In this document: one piece after another, positions 45,390 through 54,731 of the stretch
Layout of the letters: each line of letters begins with the position of its first letter
How positions within the stretch are numbered: position 1 is the first letter of the stretch
NCBI GenBank assembly: GCA_017560765.1
Contig: JAFZEI010000015.1
Coordinates: forward strand, 397-64,396
Direction: 5' to 3'
Length of the DNA: 64,000 nucleotides
Source of the DNA: Clostridia bacterium
GTDB taxonomy: Bacteria > Bacillota > Clostridia > UBA1212 > UBA1255
Notes under the pieces: generated by a model
What the model saw: the letters and a program-made list of their open reading frames with translations, nothing else
What the model was told of the DNA's origin: nothing
Databases searched by the model: none
Made by a program: the position numbers and the translations under genes

Positions 45390-45650
45390 ATGAAATCAAC
45401 AGGAATTGTAAGAAGAGTAGACAAATTAGGACGCATAGTAATTCCAATGGAGTTAAGAAAGGTGTTGAATATTTCAAATCGCGATGCAATAGAAATATTT
45501 TCTCAAGATAATACACTCATATTAAGAAAATATGAGCCTTCATGTATTTTTTGCGGTAACGCCACAAATGTAACAACATACAAGGGCATTAATATATGTC
45601 CGGAATGCATCATGAGGATGCAAAAATATATAAAAAAGAACGCAGTTTAA
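45390..45650 (+). CDS. abrB: AbrB/SpoVT-family transition-state regulator with a C-terminal CxxC...CxxC zinc-ribbon-like tail
   Basis: MKSTGIVRRVDKLGRIVIPMELRKVLNI (swapped-hairpin AbrB domain), then CIFCGN...CPEC. RBS is AAGGAGG. Confidence 0.88.
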   Translation: MKSTGIVRRVDKLGRIVIPMELRKVLNISNRDAIEIFSQDNTLILRKYEPSCIFCGNATNVTTYKGINICPECIMRMQKYIKKNAV

Positions 45651-45698
45651 TAGTTTCCCCCAACTGTTCTCCCTCTGTTGTCTTTTCGTTCAAGGCAA

Positions 45699-45746
45699 CA
45701 AAAAAGCCCTTGAAATTATCAATCGATAATTCAAGGGCATTTTTTT
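45699..45746. terminator. Bidirectional terminator between abrB and tuf
   Basis: GCCCTTGAAATTATC-aatc-GATAATTCAAGGGC flanked by A-rich sequence on the left and T7 on the right. Confidence 0.85.
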
Positions 45747-45770
45747 ATTATCTAGTAATATTATTTAATA

Positions 45771-46979
45771 TTATTCAATAATTTTAGCAACAGCGCCGGC
45801 ACCAACTGTTCTACCACCTTCACGGATAGCGAAACGGAGACCTTCTTCCATAGCGATAGGAGTGATAAGTTTAACTTCCATCTCGATGTTATCACCGGGC
45901 ATTACCATTTCTACTCCCTCAGGAAGTTGGATAACACCTGTAACGTCTGTTGTTCTGAAGTAGAACTGAGGTCTGTAATTGCTGAAGAATGGTGAGTGAC
46001 GTCCACCCTCATCCTTAGTCAATACGTAAACTTGACCTTTGAAGTGTGTATGAGGTTGAATTGTACCGGGTTTAACAAGAACCTGTCCTCTTTCGATTTC
46101 TGTTCTCTGAATACCTCTTAAGAGTACACCGATGTTGTCGCCTGCTTCAGCTTGATCGAGTTGTTTACGGAACATCTCAACACCTGTTACAACTGTGCTC
46201 AACTTCTCATCGCTGAGACCAACGATTTCTGCAGGATCACCAACTTTGATAACACCTCTTTCAAGACGACCTGTAGCAACAGTACCACGTCCTGTGATTG
46301 TGAATACGTCCTCAACAGGCATAAGGAAAGGCTTATCTGTAGGTCTCTCAGGTGTAGGAATGTAGCTGTCTACAGCATCCATAAGCTCTTTGATGCAAGC
46401 GTACTCAGGTGCATTTGAATCAGAATTTGCGCACTGGAGAGCTGTAAGAGCAGAACCTCTGATAATCGGAATCTCATCTCCGGGGAACTCATATGAGCTG
46501 AGAAGCTCTCTGATTTCCATCTCAGCGAGGTCGAGGAGCTCTTCGTCGCCTTCGTCGATCATGTCACATTTGTTCATGAATACAACGATGTAAGGAACGC
46601 CAACCTGACGAGCAAGAAGAATGTGCTCTCTTGTCTGAGCCTGCGGGCCATCAGGACCTGAAACGAGAAGGATAGCACCGTCCATCTGAGCTGCACCTGT
46701 GATCATGTTCTTAACATAGTCAGCATGTCCGGGGCAGTCAACGTGAGCATAGTGTCTTGTAGCTGTCTCATACTCAACGTGTGCTGTATTAATAGTAATA
46801 CCTCTTTCTCTCTCCTCGGGAGCGCCGTCGATTTCGTCATATGCTTTTGCTTCAGCAGCACCGTCTAAAGAAAGAGTCTTTGTGATAGCGGCAGTCAATG
46901 TTGTCTTACCGTGGTCAACGTGACCAATTGTACCGATATTTACGTGGGGTTTTGTTCTTACGAACTTAGCTTTTGCCAT
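45771..46979 (-). CDS. tuf: Elongation factor Tu
   Basis: [22 protein letters not shown] and full-length identity pattern. Confidence 0.99.
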   Translation of the reverse strand: MAKAKFVRTKPHVNIGTIGHVDHGKTTLTAAITKTLSLDGAAEAKAYDEIDGAPEERERGITINTAHVEYETATRHYAHVDCPGHADYVKNMITGAAQMDGAILLVSGPDGPQAQTREHILLARQVGVPYIVVFMNKCDMIDEGDEELLDLAEMEIRELLSSYEFPGDEIPIIRGSALTALQCANSDSNAPEYACIKELMDAVDSYIPTPERPTDKPFLMPVEDVFTITGRGTVATGRLERGVIKVGDPAEIVGLSDEKLSTVVTGVEMFRKQLDQAEAGDNIGVLLRGIQRTEIERGQVLVKPGTIQPHTHFKGQVYVLTKDEGGRHSPFFSNYRPQFYFRTTDVTGVIQLPEGVEMVMPGDNIEMEVKLITPIAMEEGLRFAIREGGRTVGAGAVAKIIE

Positions 46980-47037
46980 TTTAAATCCTCCTTAAATAAT
47001 AAAATAATCAAAATAATTGAAAATGTGTCCTTTTTGT

Positions 47038-47066
47038 ATATTACACTTTTTCATTTTTTTTTGCAA
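47038..47066 (-). promoter_or_regulatory. Internal promoter in front of tuf
   Basis: Minus strand reads TTGCAA (47066-61), N17, TAATAT (47043-38). Confidence 0.55.
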
Positions 47067-47094
47067 GTATATTTTTGTGCTTGTAAATCAAGCA

Positions 47095-49173
47095 TTACTC
47101 TGCATTTCTCTGTTTGAGAACTGCTTCCTGTACGCTCTTAGGCACTTCCTCGTAGTGGCTGGGTTCCATGATAAATGAACCTCTACCCTGTGTGCTTGAA
47201 CGAAGTGTTGTTGTATAACCGAACATCTCGGCTAACGGACAATGTGCAGAAATAACCTTGCTGCCTGCAACATCCTCCATACCCTCAATCTTACCACGCT
47301 TAGCACTTACAGAACCGATGATATCACCTAAATATTCCTCAGGAACATTTACGCTAACCTTCATGATAGGTTCGAGAAGTACAGGATCAGCTTTCTTACA
47401 AGCTTCTTTAATTGCCATTGAACCGGCAATCTTAAACGCCATTTCTGAGGAGTCAACCTCGTGGTATGAACCATCAACAAGAGTTACTCTAACGTCTACC
47501 ATAGGATAGCCGGCAATGATACCGCTTTGAAGAGCTTCCTGAATACCCTGGTCAACAGGTCCGATATATTCCTTAGGAATTACGCCGCCCACAATCTTGT
47601 TAACGAACTCATAGCCTTTACCTCTTTCAAGGGGCTCAACCTCGATAACACAGTGACCGTATTGACCACGACCACCTGACTGGCGAACAAATTTACCTTC
47701 TTGGCGAACAGGTTTACGAATACCCTCTTTATAAGCAACTTGTGGGTTACCTACGTTAGCTTCTACCTTAAATTCACGAAGCAATCTGTCAACAATAATT
47801 TCCAGGTGAAGCTCACCCATACCGGAAATGATTGTTTGTCCTGTCTCATGATCTGTACGTACTCTGAATGTAGGGTCTTCCTCTGACAGTTTCTGAAGGG
47901 CAATACCCATCTTCTCCTGTCCTGCTTTTGTCTTAGGCTCAACTGCAACTGAAATAACCGGATCAGGGAACTCCATTGTCTCAAGAACAATAGGAGCACT
48001 GTCGTCACAAAGTGTGTCGCCTGTTGTTGTATCCTTTAAGCCAACTGCAGCAGCAATATCTCCTGCATATACACGGGTAATTTCTTCTCTGTGGTTAGCA
48101 TGCATCTGAACGATACGTCCTATACGCTCTTTTTTACCCTTTGTTGCATTGTATACATAAGAACCTGCTTCTAAAGATCCCGAATATACACGGAAGAAGC
48201 AAAGCTTACCTACAAACGGGTCTGTAACAATCTTAAATGCTAATGCAGCGAAAGGCTCATCATCACTTGAGTGACGAACTGCTTCTTCTCCTGTATCAGC
48301 AAGAACACCGTTAATAGCCGGAATATCTGTAGGTGCAGGCATATAATCAACAACTGCATCAAGAAGCTGTTGAACACCCTTGTTTCTATAAGAAGAACCA
48401 CAAAGAACAGGGATCATCTTAACAGCAATAGTAGCTTTACGGATTGCTCTCTTGATTTCTTCAACTGTCACTTCTTCGCCTTCGAGGTATTTCATCATAA
48501 CCTCTTCGTCTTGGTCCGCAACAGCCTCGAGTAATTCCATACGATATTGCTCTGCAAGTTCCTTCATATCCTCAGGAATTTCTTCGATTTCCATTACCTT
48601 ACCAAGATCGTCCTTGTATACGATTGCATGCATCTCAACAAGGTCGATGATACCTACGAATGAATCTTCTTTACCTATGGGCAATTGGAGCGGAACTGCG
48701 TTCGCACCTAATCTGTTGCGGATCATGTCTACACAACGGTAGAAATCCGCACCCATAATGTCCATTTTGTTTACATAACCCATACGTGGAACACCGTACT
48801 TGTCAGCCTGTCTCCAAACAGTCTCTGACTGAGGCTCAACACCACCCTTTGCACAGAACAAAGTAACGCTACCATCGAGAACACGCAATGAACGCTCAAC
48901 CTCTACTGTGAAGTCAACGTGTCCCGGTGTGTCAATGATGTTGATTCTTGTGTTCTTCCACTGTGCTGTTGTAGCAGCAGAAGTAATTGTAATACCTCTT
49001 TCCTGCTCCTGTGCCATGTAGTCCATGGTAGCAGCACCGTCATGTGTTTCACCGATTTTGTGTGTACGTCCGGTATAGAACAAAATTCTCTCTGTTGTAG
49101 TTGTTTTACCGGCGTCGATATGGGCCATAATTCCTATGTTTCTGGTATTTTCCAAACTAAATTGTCTAGGCAT
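47095..49173 (-). CDS. fusA: Elongation factor G
   Basis: [26 protein letters not shown] prefer ATG at 49173 (GGAG 7-8 nt upstream); the track ORF starts 4 codons earlier, at 49185. Confidence 0.99.
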   Translation of the reverse strand: MPRQFSLENTRNIGIMAHIDAGKTTTTERILFYTGRTHKIGETHDGAATMDYMAQEQERGITITSAATTAQWKNTRINIIDTPGHVDFTVEVERSLRVLDGSVTLFCAKGGVEPQSETVWRQADKYGVPRMGYVNKMDIMGADFYRCVDMIRNRLGANAVPLQLPIGKEDSFVGIIDLVEMHAIVYKDDLGKVMEIEEIPEDMKELAEQYRMELLEAVADQDEEVMMKYLEGEEVTVEEIKRAIRKATIAVKMIPVLCGSSYRNKGVQQLLDAVVDYMPAPTDIPAINGVLADTGEEAVRHSSDDEPFAALAFKIVTDPFVGKLCFFRVYSGSLEAGSYVYNATKGKKERIGRIVQMHANHREEITRVYAGDIAAAVGLKDTTTGDTLCDDSAPIVLETMEFPDPVISVAVEPKTKAGQEKMGIALQKLSEEDPTFRVRTDHETGQTIISGMGELHLEIIVDRLLREFKVEANVGNPQVAYKEGIRKPVRQEGKFVRQSGGRGQYGHCVIEVEPLERGKGYEFVNKIVGGVIPKEYIGPVDQGIQEALQSGIIAGYPMVDVRVTLVDGSYHEVDSSEMAFKIAGSMAIKEACKKADPVLLEPIMKVSVNVPEEYLGDIIGSVSAKRGKIEGMEDVAGSKVISAHCPLAEMFGYTTTLRSSTQGRGSFIMEPSHYEEVPKSVQEAVLKQRNAE

Positions 49174-49237
49174 TATTTTCTCCATTTCTTAGTTTAAAAC
49201 TAAACTCACACTACTGCACATAATTTCCTTAAAGAAA

Positions 49238-49708
49238 TTACCAACGGTAATGAGCAAACGCACGGTTTGCTTCTGCCATTTTGTGCATATCTTCTTTTCT
49301 TCTTACTGCGCCGCCTGCATTATTAAGTGCATCCATAAGCTCGCCTGCAAGACGCTCTGCCATTGTTCTTTCGCTTCTCTTACGAGCAAAAGTAACAACC
49401 CATCTGAGACCAAGTGCTTGACGTCTTTCGGGTCTAACCTCGATAGGTACCTGATATGTGGCACCACCAACACGTCTTGCTTTAACTTCTAACTGGGGCA
49501 TGATGTTATTGAGAGCTTCTCTGAAAACTTCTAAAGGTTCTCTGCCGGTTTTTTCACGGATGATTTCAAAGGCATCATAGCAAATTCTCTGTGCTACACC
49601 TTTCTTACCATCTAACATGATGTTGTTTATAAGTTTTGTAACAACTTGATCGTTGTATATAGGATCAGGCAGAACCTCTCTCTTCGCAATATATCCTTTT
49701 CTAGGCAT
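49238..49708 (-). CDS. rpsG: 30S ribosomal protein S7
   Basis: [19 protein letters not shown]...AFAHYRW. Confidence 0.99.
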   Translation of the reverse strand: MPRKGYIAKREVLPDPIYNDQVVTKLINNIMLDGKKGVAQRICYDAFEIIREKTGREPLEVFREALNNIMPQLEVKARRVGGATYQVPIEVRPERRQALGLRWVVTFARKRSERTMAERLAGELMDALNNAGGAVRRKEDMHKMAEANRAFAHYRW

Positions 49709-49845
49709 TTAAACTTCCCTCCTTTTAATGATAAGTGATCATTTGGTACTCTGCATTTTTTCAGCAGTACATGCCGGCTTCTTTTCATATGATATATCAC
49801 GCTAAAAATGAAATCTATATGAATCACCGGCGATCCGGTTAATAA

Positions 49846-50268
49846 TTATTTTTTAGCTGCTTTCGGTACCTTAGCACCGTACTTTGATCTACCCTGCATA
49901 CGGTTGTTAACACCTGCTGTATCAAGAGTACCTCTGATAATATGGTATCTTACACCAGGGAGATCTTTAACTCTACCGCCTCTTATAAGAACAACGCTAT
50001 GCTCTTGAAGGTTATGTCCGATACCCGGAATATATGCAGTAACTTCCATACCGTTTGTGAGACGTACTCTGGCAATTTTACGCAAAGCAGAGTTAGGTTT
50101 TTTAGGTGTAGTTGTTCTTACAACTGAACAAACTCCTCTCTTTTGCGGACTGCTGATGTCAGTGCTTCTCTTTGTTAAGCTGTTAAAGCCTTTTTGAAGA
50201 GCAGGAGAAGTGGACTTCTTTTCAATTGTCTGTCTACCCTTACGAACCAATTGGTTAAATGTTGGCAT
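49846..50268 (-). CDS. rpsL: 30S ribosomal protein S12
   Basis: [12 protein letters not shown]...[10 protein letters not shown]...[11 protein letters not shown]. Confidence 0.99.
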   Translation of the reverse strand: MPTFNQLVRKGRQTIEKKSTSPALQKGFNSLTKRSTDISSPQKRGVCSVVRTTTPKKPNSALRKIARVRLTNGMEVTAYIPGIGHNLQEHSVVLIRGGRVKDLPGVRYHIIRGTLDTAGVNNRMQGRSKYGAKVPKAAKK

Positions 50269-50344
50269 TCAATTTCACCTCCGATTTTATTTTATGTTTT
50301 CTTGTACAAAACAGCAAAAATGCTACAAGTGCACAAGCTTTGTA

Positions 50345-50373
50345 ATTGTACACGAGACAATGCTTATTGTCAA
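50345..50373 (-). promoter_or_regulatory. Sigma-A promoter of rpsL-rpsG-fusA
   Basis: Minus strand reads TTGACA (50373-68), N17, TACAAT (50350-45). Confidence 0.65.
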
Positions 50374-50384
50374 CACTTAATGTC

Positions 50385-50424
50385 AAAAAATAACGGAGCC
50401 GATTATCGTGAAATAATCGGCTCC
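50385..50424 (-). terminator. Rho-independent terminator of the 1378-aa protein gene
   Basis: Perfect 12-bp stem GGAGCCGATTAT/ATAATCGGCTCC with a 6-nt loop, then GTTATTTTTT on the minus strand. Confidence 0.85.
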
Positions 50425-50450
50425 ATCTTTAAACGACTATTCGTTTGCAA

Positions 50451-53400
50451 TTATTTTGGAACTCTGTATGCAAAACGGAATTGGTTTGTACTCTTGTCTA
50501 TAGTCTCATACGAAGGTTGTACTGATCTTATTCTGGAATCACTACCCGCATCGTATCTATATGAGTAACCTCCATCATAGTCACTGGCAATAATGAATAC
50601 GTGTCTCGGATAGTTAGAATATGCAGGAGCAAAGCTTCCCGTATAACCAACGAATACAATATCACCTGCTTTAAGTGAACTCAGTGATGTTACCTTAGTA
50701 AATCCGTAGCGCAAAAGGAATGTTTCAAGACTGATAATATTTGCGCCGGAGTTACCGTAAAGTGAAAGTCCTTCTTTAGAAGGCTGATGTGCTGTATAGC
50801 CTGCATTACCCATGAGCCAACCTATAAATCTGTCACAAGATACATGCTTGTATGATTTGTCAAGATATGGGTTAACTGTAGAGTGTCCGTATACCCAGCC
50901 ATTTACTCTTGCATAGTCTGCAACAGATTTAGCATGAGTAAGAAGTTTTGCAACTTTCTGTCCGTGTTTAGCATAAACAAATGCACCGTTTTGATCATAT
51001 ACTGCATAACCTGTTGTTGAATTCTCATTTGCTTTTGCAACCGCAGCATTATAATCAGTATATACTCCGCCGATTTGCGCACCTAAATCATTCTTTACAT
51101 ACCATGAAATATTTTCTGCTGTTCTATCTGCTATAAAGAAGCGTTGATTTTCTTCGCCATAGTAAGTATAGAGTTGAACATTTGTTCCGCTTGTGTAATC
51201 TGCATTAGAAACATCCAAAGCCATTTTGTCACAATGAGCAGGACGGAAAGCATATGTTGTTTCTTGAATATACAGGTACCATTGCTGAGAAAGGCTATCA
51301 TTGCAGTTCTCCGTAACAATATTTGTTACATCTGTCACACCGGCTCCGCTTACAGCCAAAGCTTTATCATTACTCTCGTTGACAATTCTGTAAGCACCAT
51401 TGTCAAGTCGTATGAATTTCCAAAGTTGACTTGATGAAGCAGCCGGAGTAGCAAGCTGAACATTAGTACCTGAAACAGCAAGAGATTTACCTCCAACAGT
51501 TATATGCGCAAAGAAATTCGTACCAACATCTGCAGGCGTCAATTTATTAAATGTACTTGTTTGTGTATTCAAATAATTTACTGCAGCGTCACCATATTTA
51601 ATTATTTTTTCAGTGATATCAACGAGTTTTGCATCTGTACCACTCTGTGATGAATAAACATACGACTCAATGCTATATTCAAATGTTCCGCTTATTGCTT
51701 TACCAGTACTGTCACAAACAGTGAGTTTCACTGTTTTGCTCATCTGCGATGCACCTAATCCATCAAAAACAAATGCATATACAGGTGTACCGGCAGGTCC
51801 TGTTACAGTTGAAAAGGCATCTTGTTTTACAGTTCCCAACAAATTATTGCTTGTATCCGTTACCTTAACATATACATTTGATAAATCTGTATCAAAATAT
51901 CCTTTGATTGCAACTTTATTATCAAGATAAAGTCCCATCGCTAACCAAGTAGCTTTATCGCCGGAAGCTACAGTAGGCGCTTTTTTCACATTTGTGAGAG
52001 CTCTTAAATCACTTGTGCCAAATTTCTTCTGAGCTGTTGTCAAATTTGCACTAACAAGTTTGTCTACATTATATCCATTATAAATCTGTGCTGATGCTCC
52101 GTAATTAAGCATATCAACAAGCAATGTCTTAAAAGATGGATCCGTTGCCGATGCAAGTTTAGAATAAATATATGTAGCCACACTATATTGGTTCGTCTTA
52201 CTTGAATATACAACTCCGTCTTTAGTTGCTTTTAATGTTGTAAAAATAGCGTCGTTCATCATCTGAGGCGCCACGTTGTTAAATGAGAATAAATAACAAG
52301 CAACTCCGCCGACAGAGGATGTTACTGGATTAAGAGTAATTGTTTTTCCGCCAAAAGTCGCCTCAAGATAAGGATTTGAAAAACCTGCAGCATCAAAGAT
52401 ATCTTTCTTTACAAGATATTTAATTGTAATATCACTTGAAATTGAAAGTGTTGTACCATCAATTTTAAGTGCAGTGTCTTTTACTTTAACAAAACCAGAG
52501 TCTGTTATAAATTGGTCTGTAATATCAGAAGAACCTGATGTTGCACTGTTTACAGTAACCATTACATCGTTATCGCCCAAATTAGCGTTACTGTTTACTT
52601 TAAACTCTATGTAAGCAATAGTTCCGGTTGCTGTTGTGTTAGCAGTACCTTTCCAAGATAATTCATATGAATATGTTGTTTTTGTTGCTTTGAAAACAGC
52701 ATTTCCCATTACGATACCATTTGTCGCTTTTACTGGAGTCAAAACGCTTGGATCCCATTTTACATTAACTACAAGATTCTTTAATCCGGGGTTATTTCCT
52801 AATACAACAGGAACTTTTACCGTGCCGCCAATATTTGCCTCAACATCATCTGCATATATATCAGCCGATTTTGCAACATCAGTCACTGTAAAATATACCT
52901 TGCTGCCTTTTGGAGAAGTGTCTCTCATTATTACAGCATAGTAGTTACCTGCTGAAAGCCTCGGCAAGGAAACTGTCTTTTCGCCGCTAAGATTAATTCT
53001 GTGCATAGGATTTGCCGTTCCCATACCTGAACCGCACTCTTCACCATCATTATAGATACCCAACCAAAGATTGCTTGTAATTGAATCTCCGTAATTAATT
53101 GTTGCTTTAAGATTTCCTGTTTCGCTTACAGTAGTTGAATTAAGTGTAAGAGAAGGATCTACCGTACCTTCATATCCATAATATATGTTATCAATATTAA
53201 ATGCTCTGAAGCGAGAACCAATTGCCATAGATTTTACATAAGAAATCATTGCATTTGATGTTGTAGCCTTTAAATTGCCATTTGCATCATAAATAGTTGC
53301 TGTTCTGTAATATCTCTCGTTATATGCGTCTGATGAGCTTGGTAAAAGACCGGGATCAGCATAAGTTACAAATGCAAATACTTCTCCGTCAAGAGCAAAT

Positions 53401-54587
53401 CTCATTTTTCCACGTCCGTCATCTATCGCTTTGAATTTATGGAAAGCTGTATCAATATAACTTGTGAGCGGATGTGTGTATTTTATTTGAGACAAAGTTC
53501 CCGAAGCTGCATTATATGTTATTACACAAACTTCAATCATAGAAGGATGAATATTTACACTTACACCACTCTTACCTACAGAGTTTTCTCCGTCCACTTT
53601 ATTTGATTCGAAAAACTTATTGTCTTTCCAATCTTTTTCATAGCCATAATTGAATACAAATCCTGCAAAGTGACCAGCTGCTGTTTCCGGCTTTACATCT
53701 GCTGAGAATAAATAAGCACATCCGTTATTGAAGAATTTATTTACCTGCATACTGTCATATTTCAACTTAAGGTACTTATTTGTTCCTTCTACAACGTATT
53801 CGGAATCTCCTGTTCCTGCATTAAACAAGAATTCACCATTAATATTTGTTTTGCTTCCGATAAGTGCAAGACCATTCGTTACTGCAGCTTCTTGGAAATC
53901 ATATGATGTCTTTGGTACATAATGCAAACCATGAGGTATAATGTCAACTCTGCCGGATTTTACATCTGTATAAACCTTACAGAACAAATCATCATATTCT
54001 TGTGCCTGTGCTACACTGTCAAAGAAACCTATATATGCCACATCAACTGTTTTGCCTGCAACTGATGACGCACCGATTCTCATTGATGTAATTGTAGCAT
54101 TAAGCTGTGCTGATGTACCAACAGAACTTGTTGACGAACCCATTAACTCTTTTGATAAGTTGTATGTGGTAAGATTCCATACGCCGTCGCAAACCAGCTT
54201 GCTGGTAGATATAACTCCGCCTGCGGCAGGACCCCAACCACCGGCTGTTGTATCGGGATAAAGCCAAGGGTTACTGATTGATGTATTAATATCTCCCTTG
54301 TACTTAATTGCCATAATCTTACCGCTCATGCTTGTATCTACAAGATTTACTGTAAAATACGGGTCGTTAGCATCTGTCGTTTTAATGGAAACATACTCAT
54401 CTTTGTATGTGTATGTTATTCCACTCGACGATGTATCAATAATTAGTTTGTGATTACCTTCCGCAAAAGATGTTACTCCCTTGTATGAACTCAGCTCCGC
54501 TGCCAACAATACATTAGTTGAGGGCAACATACTAAATACCATCACAAAAACAAGTAACAGCGAAAGAAACTTCATTCCTCGTTTCAT
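50451..54587 (-). CDS. Large secreted multidomain protein. Order: signal peptide, shared N-terminal domain, ConA/LamG-like region, cohesin-like domain, duplicated about 140-aa module, ricin-type beta-trefoil lectin, C-terminal NlpC/P60-like cysteine peptidase
   Basis: RBS is AAAGGAGAG. Signal peptide MKFLSLLLVFVMVFSMLPSTNVLLAAE. Cohesin-like residues about 575-700 (GGTVKVPVVLGNNPGLKNLVVNVKWDPSVL...GTIAYIEFKV). Ricin-like residues about 1025-1155 (QLWKF, QQWYL and ENQRFFI as QxW-type repeats). The C-terminus has HVSCDRFIGW plus GDIVFVGY...PRHVFII (Cys/His of papain-like NlpC/P60). Confidence 0.8.
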   Translation of the reverse strand: MKRGMKFLSLLLVFVMVFSMLPSTNVLLAAELSSYKGVTSFAEGNHKLIIDTSSSGITYTYKDEYVSIKTTDANDPYFTVNLVDTSMSGKIMAIKYKGDINTSISNPWLYPDTTAGGWGPAAGGVISTSKLVCDGVWNLTTYNLSKELMGSSTSSVGTSAQLNATITSMRIGASSVAGKTVDVAYIGFFDSVAQAQEYDDLFCKVYTDVKSGRVDIIPHGLHYVPKTSYDFQEAAVTNGLALIGSKTNINGEFLFNAGTGDSEYVVEGTNKYLKLKYDSMQVNKFFNNGCAYLFSADVKPETAAGHFAGFVFNYGYEKDWKDNKFFESNKVDGENSVGKSGVSVNIHPSMIEVCVITYNAASGTLSQIKYTHPLTSYIDTAFHKFKAIDDGRGKMRFALDGEVFAFVTYADPGLLPSSSDAYNERYYRTATIYDANGNLKATTSNAMISYVKSMAIGSRFRAFNIDNIYYGYEGTVDPSLTLNSTTVSETGNLKATINYGDSITSNLWLGIYNDGEECGSGMGTANPMHRINLSGEKTVSLPRLSAGNYYAVIMRDTSPKGSKVYFTVTDVAKSADIYADDVEANIGGTVKVPVVLGNNPGLKNLVVNVKWDPSVLTPVKATNGIVMGNAVFKATKTTYSYELSWKGTANTTATGTIAYIEFKVNSNANLGDNDVMVTVNSATSGSSDITDQFITDSGFVKVKDTALKIDGTTLSISSDITIKYLVKKDIFDAAGFSNPYLEATFGGKTITLNPVTSSVGGVACYLFSFNNVAPQMMNDAIFTTLKATKDGVVYSSKTNQYSVATYIYSKLASATDPSFKTLLVDMLNYGASAQIYNGYNVDKLVSANLTTAQKKFGTSDLRALTNVKKAPTVASGDKATWLAMGLYLDNKVAIKGYFDTDLSNVYVKVTDTSNNLLGTVKQDAFSTVTGPAGTPVYAFVFDGLGASQMSKTVKLTVCDSTGKAISGTFEYSIESYVYSSQSGTDAKLVDITEKIIKYGDAAVNYLNTQTSTFNKLTPADVGTNFFAHITVGGKSLAVSGTNVQLATPAASSSQLWKFIRLDNGAYRIVNESNDKALAVSGAGVTDVTNIVTENCNDSLSQQWYLYIQETTYAFRPAHCDKMALDVSNADYTSGTNVQLYTYYGEENQRFFIADRTAENISWYVKNDLGAQIGGVYTDYNAAVAKANENSTTGYAVYDQNGAFVYAKHGQKVAKLLTHAKSVADYARVNGWVYGHSTVNPYLDKSYKHVSCDRFIGWLMGNAGYTAHQPSKEGLSLYGNSGANIISLETFLLRYGFTKVTSLSSLKAGDIVFVGYTGSFAPAYSNYPRHVFIIASDYDGGYSYRYDAGSDSRIRSVQPSYETIDKSTNQFRFAYRVPK

Positions 54588-54649
54588 AAAAACTCTCCTT
54601 TTTTAAAATTTTATAGGTTTGATATCAACAAAAACCTTCATTTGGTATT

Positions 54650-54678
54650 ATGATATATTACAAATATTTTTTTGTCAA
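54650..54678 (-). promoter_or_regulatory. Own sigma-A promoter of the 1378-aa protein gene
   Basis: Minus strand reads TTGACA (54678-73), N17, TATCAT (54655-50), directly downstream of the rpoC terminator. Confidence 0.6.
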
Positions 54679-54679
54679 T

Positions 54680-54713
54680 AAAAAAAGCCGCACAACCTTT
54701 TAAGTTGTACGGC
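54680..54713 (-). terminator. Rho-independent terminator of rpoC
   Basis: Minus strand reads GCCGTACAAC-ttaaaag-GTTGTGCGGC followed by TTTTTTT. The only non-Watson-Crick pair is U-G on this strand, whereas it is a C-A mismatch on the plus strand. Confidence 0.85.
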
Positions 54714-54731
54714 CAAAACACTATTTGTATT

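Noticed and set aside
49627-49827. 66-aa minus-strand ORF in the rpsL-rpsG spacer
   Set aside because: It overlaps the rpsG start in another frame and has no SD. The region is better explained as a structured intercistronic RNA.
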